NCBI RefSeq assembly: GCF_006345805.1
Contig: NC_043012.1
Coordinates: 50,530,001-50,594,000 of the forward strand
Reading direction: 5' to 3'
Source: Octopus sinensis
Taxonomy: Eukaryota
DNA length: 64,000 nucleotides
How positions within the stretch are numbered: position 1 is the first letter of the stretch; each line of letters opens with the position of its first letter. A program made the position numbers and the translations under genes. This document shows, piece after piece, positions 41,203 through 52,899 of the stretch. The notes below the pieces were generated by a model. It saw nothing but the letters and a program-made list of their open reading frames with translations. It did no database searches and had not been told where the DNA came from.

Positions 41203-44051
41203 CTAAGTTTATAAAATATCAGCTGAAACAAACAACACACCGGGCAAAATTATCGCAATTACCACCACAACAACCAACACCACTACCACCTCCAGCGCCG
41301 CCGCTGCCACCTCCAAGACTCAGAAATAAAAAGAAACCGCGTCTGGTACTGTGGTCGTTATTTTAAACCTAATATTGTTTTCCCAACAAGATGACACTCT
41401 CTTCATTTAATGCAATATCTATCGTATGTGTGCTTCAGTGTATGTAATTTTGTATATGTGTATGTATGGGAGTAAGAGAGAGGAAGTCAGATAGACAGAG
41501 AGAGAGAGAGAGAGTGTGAAAGAAAGTGAGTGAGAGAGAGAAAGTGTGTGAGTGCGAGAGAGAGAGAGAGAGTGAGAGAGAGAGAGATGCTTCGGACATT
41601 AGAAACATGCAGTTTAACTACACAAAATTACATTTTCCATTTATGCCAGATATTATTCAACTAAGGGGGGAAACAGTGTCCCCAAAAGAAGTTCCCTAAA
41701 CTCCACATGGAGATTATTGAATTTAGGAAACAAATGTGACTCTTTTAGTACTAAAACAAACTTGTGTTAATTACATTACACCTTGAACAGCCTTACTAGA
41801 CAACGTAAAATTGAAATCCTTGTTCGATATGCTCAAACTAGGATAAAAAAAACATATCATAATACTAAAATCGGTAGTGTGCAAAACGGTGAATGATATA
41901 AATTTGTCGGTTCATGCGTGTTTCGCTAGACTCAATAACCAAACTTCTATCTTCCCAAAAGGAATATATTTTCGCTACTTGAATCTTACCATTGTAAGAT
42001 TAATACGCTTTTTGAAAATATTTTGTCATGAACTCAAACATGAAACTAATGGTTGTGTTTGGAATATTTTTGAACAGACTAAACGAATTGTGACTTATTT
42101 AGCCTTAGATTGGGGCAAGTATAGCATATTACAAAATAAAACAGATAACGATGCAAATTCAGTTATCGAGTACAACGCTAGATATATTTTTGAGAGTTAC
42201 GTGAAATGGAACCGCTGAAACTGTTGACACGAGAAACTAAAAAAAATATTGAGTTTGTACAAGATAGGGGGAAAAAAATATATTGAGTATTAGCGCAGAT
42301 ATCATTGTAATATTCAATTGCTGTTTTAATGTAATTGGAAATTTATTGAACGGAAAACCTACATAGATAAAGAAAAAAAAAGTAGGAATATATCATTTAT
42401 TTTATTTATTCAAGACTTTAAGTCTGATAATATCAGATTATATATGTCAGATATTCAAAGTTTGAGGGCAATATTCCAACTAGAGAACCGCTATAAAATA
42501 ATTTCATTAGGCGTGTTAATATGATAAATATGATAACAAGAATTATACACACATTTCACTTGTACTGTATGTTTATATGTAAAAGCTACACGGTCCTTTC
42601 AGACAATTTAACTAAAATATTTCATCTAAGTTACATCTGAAATATTCTCTGGAGGCTGCAACATCTAGCATTATGTTTAAATAATTCTAATGACCTTTAT
42701 AGCTGTCTCAGGATAACACCTAACGCCTACATGTGTCCGTGTCATAGTTTTTGCAAAGCTGAAAAAGAATGGCTAAATATACGCAGAGGGTTCTCTAACT
42801 CACAAAATAACAATGTTCTCAATATCAATCTACATTGTGTCTATGCTAGGTGCCATTAGATAACAGTCAATATTGTACTATTTCTGCTTTAAAATATCAA
42901 TAGGTAAAAAAGCATACAAAGTGCATTTGGATGTAAAGAAATATACGCTTGAAACGAAATATATTCAGCATCTATTTGCGCAAGAACATATCATCCTGTA
43001 TTCATACAATAACATTTCTTCGTGCATTCATCAGTACACGATGTGGCGTAAATGCAAGAATACATACATATATACACAAACACACACACACACGTACTTA
43101 TGTAATGTAATATTAATGTATATGAAGTAGTAAATTAATAACCAGTCACTCCTTCTAAGCTTACAGTCCTTACAAGTAAGATAATCAATTATTCAGACAT
43201 GTTGACACAGACAGAGACTCACACACACGCACACCCAACATACAGATACATGCATACAATTGTGTTTGAGTGTGGCTTCGTGATTACACACCCACAATGA
43301 CTTACACATACGAAGCAACATATAAATATATATGTATCTGCATGTTCTGTTTATACATAAACCTATACTAGTGTATGCATACATGTTGATGTATATCTGT
43401 ACACACACACACACATACATATATGTCCGTACATGCACGTATGTATATATATATACATATATATATTGTGTGTGTGCCCACGTGTACTTTTGTTCTTTTG
43501 TTGGATGTCCTAGTGTATGTGTCTATGTATAAATGAACGTATATTTTTGTGTGCATGTATTTATGCTCAAAGTTATGAACACATATGAAATGTAATACTA
43601 AATAATGCATGCTGCCGTCTTTGAATATATTTACAATGTATATTATGTGCAAGCGATGTACAATAAGATGCAAGCTGAAAGAGAGTGATATTTATATTGG
43701 GAAGGGAAAGGAAATGGAGAATAAAGTGAAACGGGAGTAAATAAAAGGAATTGAAAGCAAATACAATAAAAATTATGAAATATTTTACCATGTACAACTA
43801 CGTTTTCTGACTCAAAAGGACAGCATACAAATCTATGAATGTATGAATGTAGGTATATATGTATCATGTATTATCTGTCTTTCTATCTATGTATCCATCA
43901 ATCTGTGTGTTTTTCTGTCTCTTTCCCCCCCTTTCTCTCTCACTCTGTCTCTTTCTCTCTCTTTATTTTTTTCGATCTGTCTATCTGGCTATCTTTATGT
44001 ATGTCAGTTTGTTTGCATCTGATACTCTCACTACACACATATATAAGTGTA

Positions 44052-44218
44052 GCACGTTCTGAGTTCAAATTCCGCAGAGGTCGACTTTGCCTTTCATCAT
44101 TTCGGGGTCGATAAATAAAGTACCAGTTTCGCACTGGGGTAGATGTAATCGACTGAATCCCTTTGTCTGTCCTTATTTGTCCCCTCTATGTTTAGCCCCT
44201 TGTGGGCAATAAAGAAAT
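44052..44218 (+). mobile_element. 5'-truncated SINE family A
   Basis: acgttctgagttcaaattccgcagaggtcgac...gggcaataaagaaata. Confidence 0.85.
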
Positions 44219-44589
44219 ATATGTAGCATATATATGTGTGTGTAAGCGCGCGTGTATGTGTGTGTACGAGTGAGAGAGAGAGAGAGAGCGAGAGAGAGAG
44301 AGAGAGAGTTTATGTATATTTAAGGTGTCAACTGTCCACAATTAGTGAAATAAAATAAAATATTTTTTTCAAATTTCAATAACACTTCGGAGGTTACGAA
44401 CAGTTTTGAAAGTTACGCTGTTTTCTGTAAACGTTCTAATACCTCATTTGTTAACCATTCTTCCAATCCACTTTGCGTACCCCGGTAACTGTGGTACACA
44501 TCAACAACTCTGTGACCATCAGTTTCTTCGATTCTGTTATTCTGTTACTTGTTTCAGTAATCTCACTGTGGCACTGACTTAAACGGTTT

Positions 44590-44730
44590 TTAGTTATAGA
44601 AACTGACCGCAAAACTTATTCTTTGTAAACCTAGTACTTATTCTATCGATCTGTTTTGCCGAACCACTACGTTACGGAACGTAAAACTACCAAAATCGGT
44701 TGTCAAGTGAGGGTTGGTGGGGAATGCGGG
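44590..44730 (-). mobile_element. SINE family C, 3' fragment
   Basis: cttattctttgtaaacctagtacttattctatcg...gccgaacc...atcggttgtcaag. Confidence 0.75.
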
Positions 44731-44835
44731 TGGAGGCAAACCCCACTGTAAGAGACACACATAAATATATACATCCATCTATCCATATATACATATATAC
44801 ATATATATATATATACACATATATGTATATATGCG

Positions 44836-44869
<34 letters not shown>

Positions 44870-44872
44870 AAA

Positions 44873-45188
44873 GACTCCGCCGGTTACGACGACGAGGGTC
44901 CCAGCTGATACGATCAACGGAACAGCTTGCTCGTGAAATTAACGTGCAAATGGCTGAGCATTCCACAGACACGTGTACCCTTAACGTAGTTTCGGGGATA
45001 ATCAGCGTGACACAGAGAGTGACAAGGCTGACCCTTTGAAATACAAGTACAAACTCATTTTTGCCAGCTGAGTGGACTGGAGCAACGTGAAATAAAGTGT
45101 CTTGCTCAGGACACAACGCGTCCGGGAATCGAACTCACAACCTTACGATCATGAGCCGAATGCCCTAACCACTAAGCCACGCGCCCTC
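44873..45188 (-). mobile_element. SINE with family D (CORE-like) head and type 3 (RTE-like) tail
   Basis: ggagcaacgtgaaataaagtgtcttgctcaggacacaac...ctaaccactaagccacgcgcc, with the same tail as 20824. Confidence 0.85.
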
Positions 45189-45189
45189 A

Positions 45190-45586
<397 letters not shown>

Positions 45587-48500
45587 ATTACTTTGCCGCA
45601 TACTGAACTCATTAGAAATAGCAGCTAAAAAAACTTTTTTAAGGCTATTTCTAATACTTAAAGAAAATCTCTCTCATATATAGTGTTTGCATAATTTAAC
45701 TCACAAAAGTTGGGGGGTAATGACATCGAAAAATCAAATGCTAAGGTTATTCGAGAACGTACGTTTCAAGATTAGTCAAAACAACATTTCTATCATCGGC
45801 TCGGAAATTCCTTGGTTTGGATTTGGAAACACTGAAAATAAGAACATACCCTCTCGAAGATCTGCTTCCCAAACTAACAGTGTCAACAAATTCAAAATAA
45901 GCAAGCGAAGAATCTCTGTTCTCCCCTTTCCACCAGCGTGGGTTAAAATCATCAAACTCTATGCTTATTTCGGTAAAGTCCGAAGCATTAATCAGAGGGA
46001 GATTAATTATAATTTCAACAATTGAGGCAAAATTAATTAATTATTAATCAATTTCACCAAGTGTTCAGTATGCAAAGGGACCATTCAAGGCGAATTCAAA
46101 TTATTACATTATAAAAGGCTTAGTAAAATAAATTACTTTGCCGCATACTGAACTCATTAGAAATAGCAGCTAAAAAACTTTTTTAAGGCTATTTCTAATA
46201 CTTAAAGAAAATCTCTCTCATATATAGTGTTTGCATAATTTAACTCACAAAAGTTTGGGGGTAATGACATCGAAAAATCAAATGCTAAGGTTATTCGAGA
46301 ACGTACGTTTCAAGATTAGTCAAAACAACATTTCTATCATCGGCTCGGAAATTCCTTGGTTTGGATTGGAAACACTGAAAATAAGAACATACCCTCTCGA
46401 AGATCTGCTCAACTAACAGTGTCAACAAATTCAAAATAAGGCAAGCGAAGAATCTCTGTTCTCCCCTTTCCACCAGCGTGGGTTAAAATCATCAAACTCT
46501 ATGCTTATTTCGGTAAAGTCCGAAGCATTAATCAGAGGGAGATTAATTATAATTTCAACAATTGAGGGCAAAATTAATTAATTATTAATCAATTTCACCA
46601 AGTGTTCAGTATGCAAAGGGACCATTCAAGGCGAATTCAAATTATTACATTATATAAAAGGGCTTAGTAAAATAAATTACTTTGCCGCATACTGAACTCA
46701 TTAGAAATAGCAGCTAAAAAACTTTTTTAAGGCTATTTCTAATACTTAAAGAAAATCTCTCTCATATATAGTGTTTGCATAATTTAACTCACAAAAGTTG
46801 GGGGGTAATGACATCGAAAAATCAAATGCTAAGGTTATTCGAGAACGTACGTTTCAAGATTAGTCAAAACAACATTTCTATCATCGGCTCGGAAATTCCT
46901 TGGTTTGGATTTGGAAACACTGAAAATAAGAACATACCCTCTCGAAGATCTGCTCAACTAACAGTGTCAACAAATTCAAAATAAGCAAGCGAAGAATCTC
47001 TGTTCTCCCTTTCCACCAGCGTGGGTTAAAATCATCAAACTCTATGCTTATTTCGGTAAAGTCCGAAGCATTAATCAGAGGGAGATTAATTATAATTTCA
47101 ACAATTGAGGGCAAAATTAATTAATTATTAATCAATTTCACCAAGTGTTCAGTATGCAAAGGGACCATTCAAGGCGAATTCAAATTATTACATTATATAA
47201 AAGGGCTTAGTAAATAAATTACTTTGCCGCATACTGAACTCATTAGAAATAGCAGCTAAAAAACTTTTTTAAGGCTATTTCTAATACTTAAAGAAAATCT
47301 CTCTCATATATAGTGTTTGCATAATTTAACTCACAAAAGTTTGGGGGTAATGACATCGAAAAATCAATGCTAAGGTTATTCGAGAACGTACGTTTCAAGA
47401 TTAGTCAAAACAACATTTCTATCATCGGCTCGGAAATTCCTTGGTTTGGATTTGGAAACACTGAAAATAAGAACATACCCTCTCGAAGATCTGCTCCCAA
47501 CTAACAGTGTCAACAAATTCAAAATAAGCAAGGAAGAATCTCTGTTCTCCCCTTTCCACCAGCGTGGGTTAAAATCATCAAACTCTATGCTTATTTCGGT
47601 AAAGTCCGAAGCATTAATCAGAGGGAGATTAATTATAATTTCAACAATTGAGGGCAAAATTAATTAATTATTAATCAATTTCACCAAGTGTTCAGTATGC
47701 AAAGGGACCATTCAAGGCGAATTCAAATTATTACATATATAAAAGGGCTTAGTAAAATAAATTACTTTGCCGCATACTGAACTCATTAGAAATAGCAGCT
47801 AAAAAAATTTTTAAGGCTATTTCTAATACTTAAAGAAAATCTCTCTCATATATAGTGTTTGCATAATTTAACTCACAAAAGTTGGGGGGGGTAATGACAT
47901 CGAAAAATCAAATGCTAAGGTTATTCGAGAACGTACGTTTCAAGATTAGTCAAAACAACATTTCTATCATCGGCTCGGAAATTCCTTGGTTTGGATTGGA
48001 AACACTGAAAATAAGAACATACCCTCTCGAAGATCTGCTCCCAACTAACAGTGTCAACAAATTCAAAATAAGCAGCGAAGAATCTCTGTTCTCCCCTTTC
48101 CACCAGCGTGGGTTAAAATCATCAAACTCTATGCTTATTTCGGTAAAGTCCGAAGCATTAATCAGAGGGAGATTAATTATAATTTCAACAATTGAGGGCA
48201 AAAATAATTAATTATTAATCAATTTCACCAAGTGTTCAGTATGCAAAGGGACCATTCAAGGCGAATTCAAATTATTACATTATATAAAAGGGCTTAGTAA
48301 AATAAATTACTTTGCCGCATACTGAACTCATTAGAAATAGCAGCTAAAAAAACTTTTTAAGGCTATTTCTAATACTTAAAGAAAATCTCTCTCATATATA
48401 GTGTTTGCATAATTTAACTCACAAAAGTTTGGGGGTAATGACATCGAAAAATCAAATGCTAAGGTTATTCGAGAACGTACGTTTCAAGATTAGTCAAAAC

Positions 48501-50183
48501 AACATTTCTATCATCGGATCGGAAATTCCTTGGTTTGGATTTGGAAACACTGAAAATAAGAACATACCCTCTCGAAGATCTGCTCCCAACTAACAGTGTC
48601 AACAAATTCAAAATAAGCAAGCGAAGAATCTCTGTTCTCCCCTTTCCACCAGCGTGGGTTAAAATCATCAAACTCTATGCTTATTTCGGAAAGTCCGAAG
48701 CATTAATCAGAGGGAGATTAATTATAATTTCAACAATTGAGGGCAAAATTATTAATTATTAATCAATTTCACCAAGTGTTCAGTATGCAAAGGGACCATT
48801 CAAGGCGAATTCAAATTATTACATTATATAAAAGGCTTAGTAAAATAAATTACTTTGCCGCATACTGAACTCATTAGAAATAGCAGCTAAAAAACTTTTT
48901 TAAGGCTATTTCTAATACTTAAAGAAAATCTCTCAGATATAAGTGTTTGCATAATTTAACTCACAAAAGTTTGGGGGTAATGACATCGAAAAATCAAATG
49001 CTAAGGTTATTCGAGAACGTACGTTTCAAGATTAGTCAAAACAACATTTCTATCATCGGCTCGGAAATTCCTTGGTTTGGATTTGGAAACACTGAAAATA
49101 AGAACATACCCTCTCGAAGATCTGCTCCCAACTAACAGTGTCAACAAATTCAAAATAAAAATAAGCGAAGAATCTCTGTTCCCCTTTCCACCAGCGTGGG
49201 TTAAAATCATCAAACTCTATGCTTATTTGGTAAAGTCCGAAGCATTAATCAGAGGAGATTAATTATAATTTCAACAATTGAGGGCAAAATTAATTAATTA
49301 TTAATCAATTTCACCAAGTGTTCAGTATGCAAAGGGACCATTCAAGGCGAATTCAAATTATTACATTATATAAAAGGGCTTAGTAAAATAAATTACTTTG
49401 CCGCATACTGAACTCATTAGAAATAGCAGCTAAAAAACTTTTTTAAGGCTATTTCTAATACTTAAAGAAAATCTCTCTCATATATAGTGTTTGCATAATT
49501 TAACTCACAAAAGTTTTTGGGGGTAATGACATCGAAAAATCAAATGCTAAGGTTATTCGAGAACGTACGTTTCAAGATTAGTCAAAACAACATTTTATCA
49601 TCGGCTCGGAAATTCCTTGGTTTGGATTGGAAACACTGAAAATAAGAACATACCCTCTCGGAGATCTGCTCCCAACTAACAGTGTCAACAAATTCAAAAT
49701 AAGCAAGCGAAGAATCTCTGTTCTCCCTTTCCACCAGCGTGGGTTAAAATCATCAAACTCTATGCTTATTTCGGTAAAGTCCGAAGCATTAATCAGAGGG
49801 AGATTAATTATAATTTCAACAATTGAGGGCAAAATTAATTAATTATTAATCAATTTCACCAAGTGTTCAGTATGCAAAGGGACCATTCAAGGCGAATTCA
49901 AATTATTACATTATATAAAAGGGCTTAGTAAAATAAATTACTTTGCCGCATACTGAACTCATTAGAAATAGCAGCTAAAAAACTTTTTTAAGGCTATTTC
50001 TAATACTTAAAGAAAATCTCTCTCATATATAGTGTTTGCATAATTTAACTCACAAAAGTTTGGGGGTAATGACATCGAAAAATCAAATGCTAAGGTTATT
50101 CGAGAACGTACGTTTCAAGATTAGTCAAAACAACATTTCTATCATCGGCTCGGAAATTCCTTGGTTTGGATTTGGAAACACTG
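45587..50183 (-). repeat. ~544-bp tandem array, 8 full units plus a partial unit, each with a minus-strand HHR motif
   Basis: attactttgccgc recurs at 45587, 46132, 46676, 47218, 47761, 48306, 48849, 49392 and 49937; units differ mainly by small indels. Confidence 0.95.
45752..45803 (-). ncRNA. Minimal type I hammerhead motif (first of 9 minus-strand copies, ~544-bp spacing up to ~50150)
   Basis: Reverse complement reads cgag-CCGATGA-t-aga...tct-t-GAAAC-gtac-GTT-ctcg. Confidence 0.7.
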
Positions 50184-50435
50184 GAACACTTGGTGAAATT
50201 GATTAATAATTAATTAATTTTGCCCTCAATTGTTGAAATTATAATTAATCTCCCTCTGATTAATGCTTCGGACTTTACCGAAATAAGCATAGAGTTTGAT
50301 GATTTTAACCCACGCTGGTGGAAAGGGGAGAACAGAGATTCTTCGCTTGCTTATTTTGAATTTGTTGACACTGTTAGTTGGGAGCAGATCTTCGAGAGGG
50401 TATGTTCTTATTTTCAGTGTTTCCAAATCCAAACC

Positions 50436-50506
50436 AAGGAATTTCCGAGCCGATGATAGAAATGTTGTTTTGACTAATCTTGAAACGTACGTTCTCGAAT
50501 AACCTT
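50436..50506 (+). ncRNA. Minimal type I hammerhead motif
   Basis: Stem I aagg..cgag/ctcg..cctt with an internal loop; CCGATGA at 50450-50456; GAAAC at 50482-50486; GUU triplet; predicted cut after 50493. Confidence 0.7.
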
Positions 50507-50990
50507 AGCATTTGATTTTTCGATGTCATTAACCCCCAAACTTTTGTGAGTTAAATTATGCAAAAACATATATATGAGAGAGATTTTCTTTAAGTATTAG
50601 AAATAGCCTTAAAAAAGTTTTTTAGCTGCTATTTCTAATGAGTTCAGTATGCGGCAAAGTAATTTATTTTACTAAGCCCTTTTATATAATGTAATAATTG
50701 AATTCGCCTTGAATGGTCCCTTTGCATACTGAACACTTGGTGAAATTGATTAATAATTAATTAATTTTGCCCTCAATTGTTGAAATTATAATTATCTCCC
50801 TCTGATTAATGCTTCGGACTTTACCGAAATAAGCATAGAGTTTGATGATTTTACCCACGCTGGTGGAAAGGGGAGAACAGAGATTCTTCGCTTGCTTATT
50901 TTGAATTTGTTGACACTGTTAGTTGGGAGCAGATCTTCGAGAGGGTATGTTCTTATTTTCAGTGTTTCCAAATCCAAACCAAGGAATTTC

Positions 50991-51042
50991 CGAGCCGATG
51001 ATAGAAATGTTGTTTTGACTAATCTTGAAACGTACGTTCTCG
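50991..51042 (+). ncRNA. Minimal type I hammerhead motif
   Basis: Identical core to the 50446-50497 copy, 545 nt downstream. Confidence 0.7.
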
Positions 51043-51335
51043 AATAACTTAGCATTTGATTTTTCGATGTCATTACCCCCAAACTTTTGTGAGTTAAATT
51101 ATGCAAACACTATATATGAGAGATTTTCTTTAAGTATTAGAAATAGCCTTAAAAAAGTTTTTTAGCTGCTATTTCTAATGAGTTCAGTATGCGGCAAAGT
51201 AATTATTACTAAGCCCTTTTATATAATGTAATAATTGAATTCGCCTTGAATGGTCCCTTTGCATACTGAACACTTGGTGAAATTGATTAATAATTAATTA
51301 ATTTTGCCCTCAATTGTTGAAAGTATATATATATA

Positions 51336-51418
<83 letters not shown>

Positions 51419-51530
51419 ATAATTATTTCAGGGAATATTAATCCAAACTTACAGGGGAAAAATTAAATTTTCAAAAACTAAATCAAATTTCACACAAAAT
51501 AATATAGATATATATATATATATATATAAA

Positions 51531-51848
51531 ATTAGAAAAAAAACCCACCTTTTATCGATTCAAAATGAACAATTAAATTGCTCCATCTAGAAAATTACAT
51601 ATAATAGAAATATTAAAATTAAAATAACAATAAAATACCAATGATTACGTAAATTTAAAAAGAAATTATAATAAAAACGTATATAATTGTTATTCTACCA
51701 ATTATATACGTTTTTATTATTTTTTTTTTGCAATTTACTTAATCATTGGTATTTCATTGTTATTTTAATTTTAATATTTCTATTATACGTAATTTTCTAG
51801 ATGGTGTAATTTAATTGTTCATTTTGAATAGATAAAATATGTTTTTTC

Positions 51849-51852
<4 letters not shown>
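51531..51852. repeat. Foldback with ~155-bp arms and a 9-nt loop
   Basis: ...aaaaacgtatataattg-ttattctac-caattatatacgttttt...; the arms stay complementary out to attagaaaaa/ttttttctaat. Confidence 0.9.
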
Positions 51853-51889
<37 letters not shown>

Positions 51890-52490
51890 TATTATATATA
51901 TATATATACTAACTCCTCCGACATCGTCCAATCATTTTAATGATTTGTGGCACATAGGTAGATCGCATGCCCTGAAGTTCAAATAAACTCGGAATTTTTC
52001 GAAAACTCGATAGTACCTAGTTAGCAGCGATTTTTGTGAGCTCAATCGAGCATTTGAAGGGAAATTCCCATAACGATGCTATTTTATCTGCAGCATTTGA
52101 ATTTATTCACGTTTAAAATTTCCACAAAGTCGATAGAATAGTTTCTAAGGAAATGCTTATTCAATACATACATACATACGACGGGCTGAACCCAGCACTG
52201 AACTCACAACCATGTAGCTTGGAATCAAACTTCTTAAGTGGCGTTTCCGTTATTGGCGTAATTGTTTTGATGATGAGGATTCTGGACGTTAATAACGGCG
52301 ATCATATTGATGATAAGGAAGATGAAGATAATGATGCTCAAGATCATGATCGTAACCATAATCCACATGATAACCAATGTCCATGAGAAACAGTGACAGC
52401 AGCAGTACCCGCTCCCAAAGCAGTACTAGCAGCAGTATTAACGTTATTCATATTTATTAAATTTTATTTTAGGGAGATATCTGTATGTGT

Positions 52491-52899
52491 TCAGCAATTG
52501 ATTTCATTTTTCGCTGGATTACTGCATGATACACCATTTTCTTGTATTCCAGTTTTACTAAAATCAAGAGCCGTTGAACAGTTGTACTTGGTATAAGAAA
52601 CGTTTGTCGTTTGAGATTTATAACTGATTACACATTTTTTACAAATGGCATTTCCAACGTCTACACAAAACCCGTTTTTAGGTAGGAGAGGGAGAGATGT
52701 GATGTTACGATATGCGTCACAATGGTAGTAGCGCAGAGACCTCAACAACGTGAAATTTCTCCGAATTTGTTTTATCTGCAACCCACCTGGATTAAAATAA
52801 ATGAGTCAATAACATAAACAAACATATAAAGAGAATATTTCAAGTTCAATCACTTGTACAGCAGGAAACTGAAAGAAACATCAAAATTATGAATATCAT
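52491..52899 (-). CDS. Candidate two-exon gene for a ~113-aa secreted Cys-rich protein (exon 1 52899-52854, exon 2 52786-52491)
   Basis: Signal-peptide-like MIFIILMFLSVSCCT; phase-1 donor (A|GTGATT, weak) matches a phase-1 acceptor (tttattttaatccag|GT); exon 2 has 7 Cys and 4 N-glycosylation sequons; two AATAAA lie within ~40 nt of the stop. Confidence 0.45.

Larger units (their letters stand above)
50184..51322 (+). repeat. Inverted part of the same array, ~2.1 units
   Basis: gaacacttggtgaaatt recurs at 50184, 50731 and 51268; ends ttgttgaaa running into (TA)n. Confidence 0.95.

Noticed and set aside
45587-50183. CRISPR-like or prokaryotic repeat interpretation of the array
   Set aside because: Whole 544-bp units repeat with no unique spacers, and the context is eukaryotic.
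45687-51106. Recurrent 60-112 aa ORFs in the 544-bp array (MHNLTHKS...)
   Set aside because: Frames change between copies through indels, starts are non-ATG, and there are no recognisable motifs; best read as non-coding.
52491-52493. TGA as selenocysteine in the candidate Cys-rich protein
   Set aside because: No SECIS-like hairpin is evident, and poly(A) signals follow immediately.
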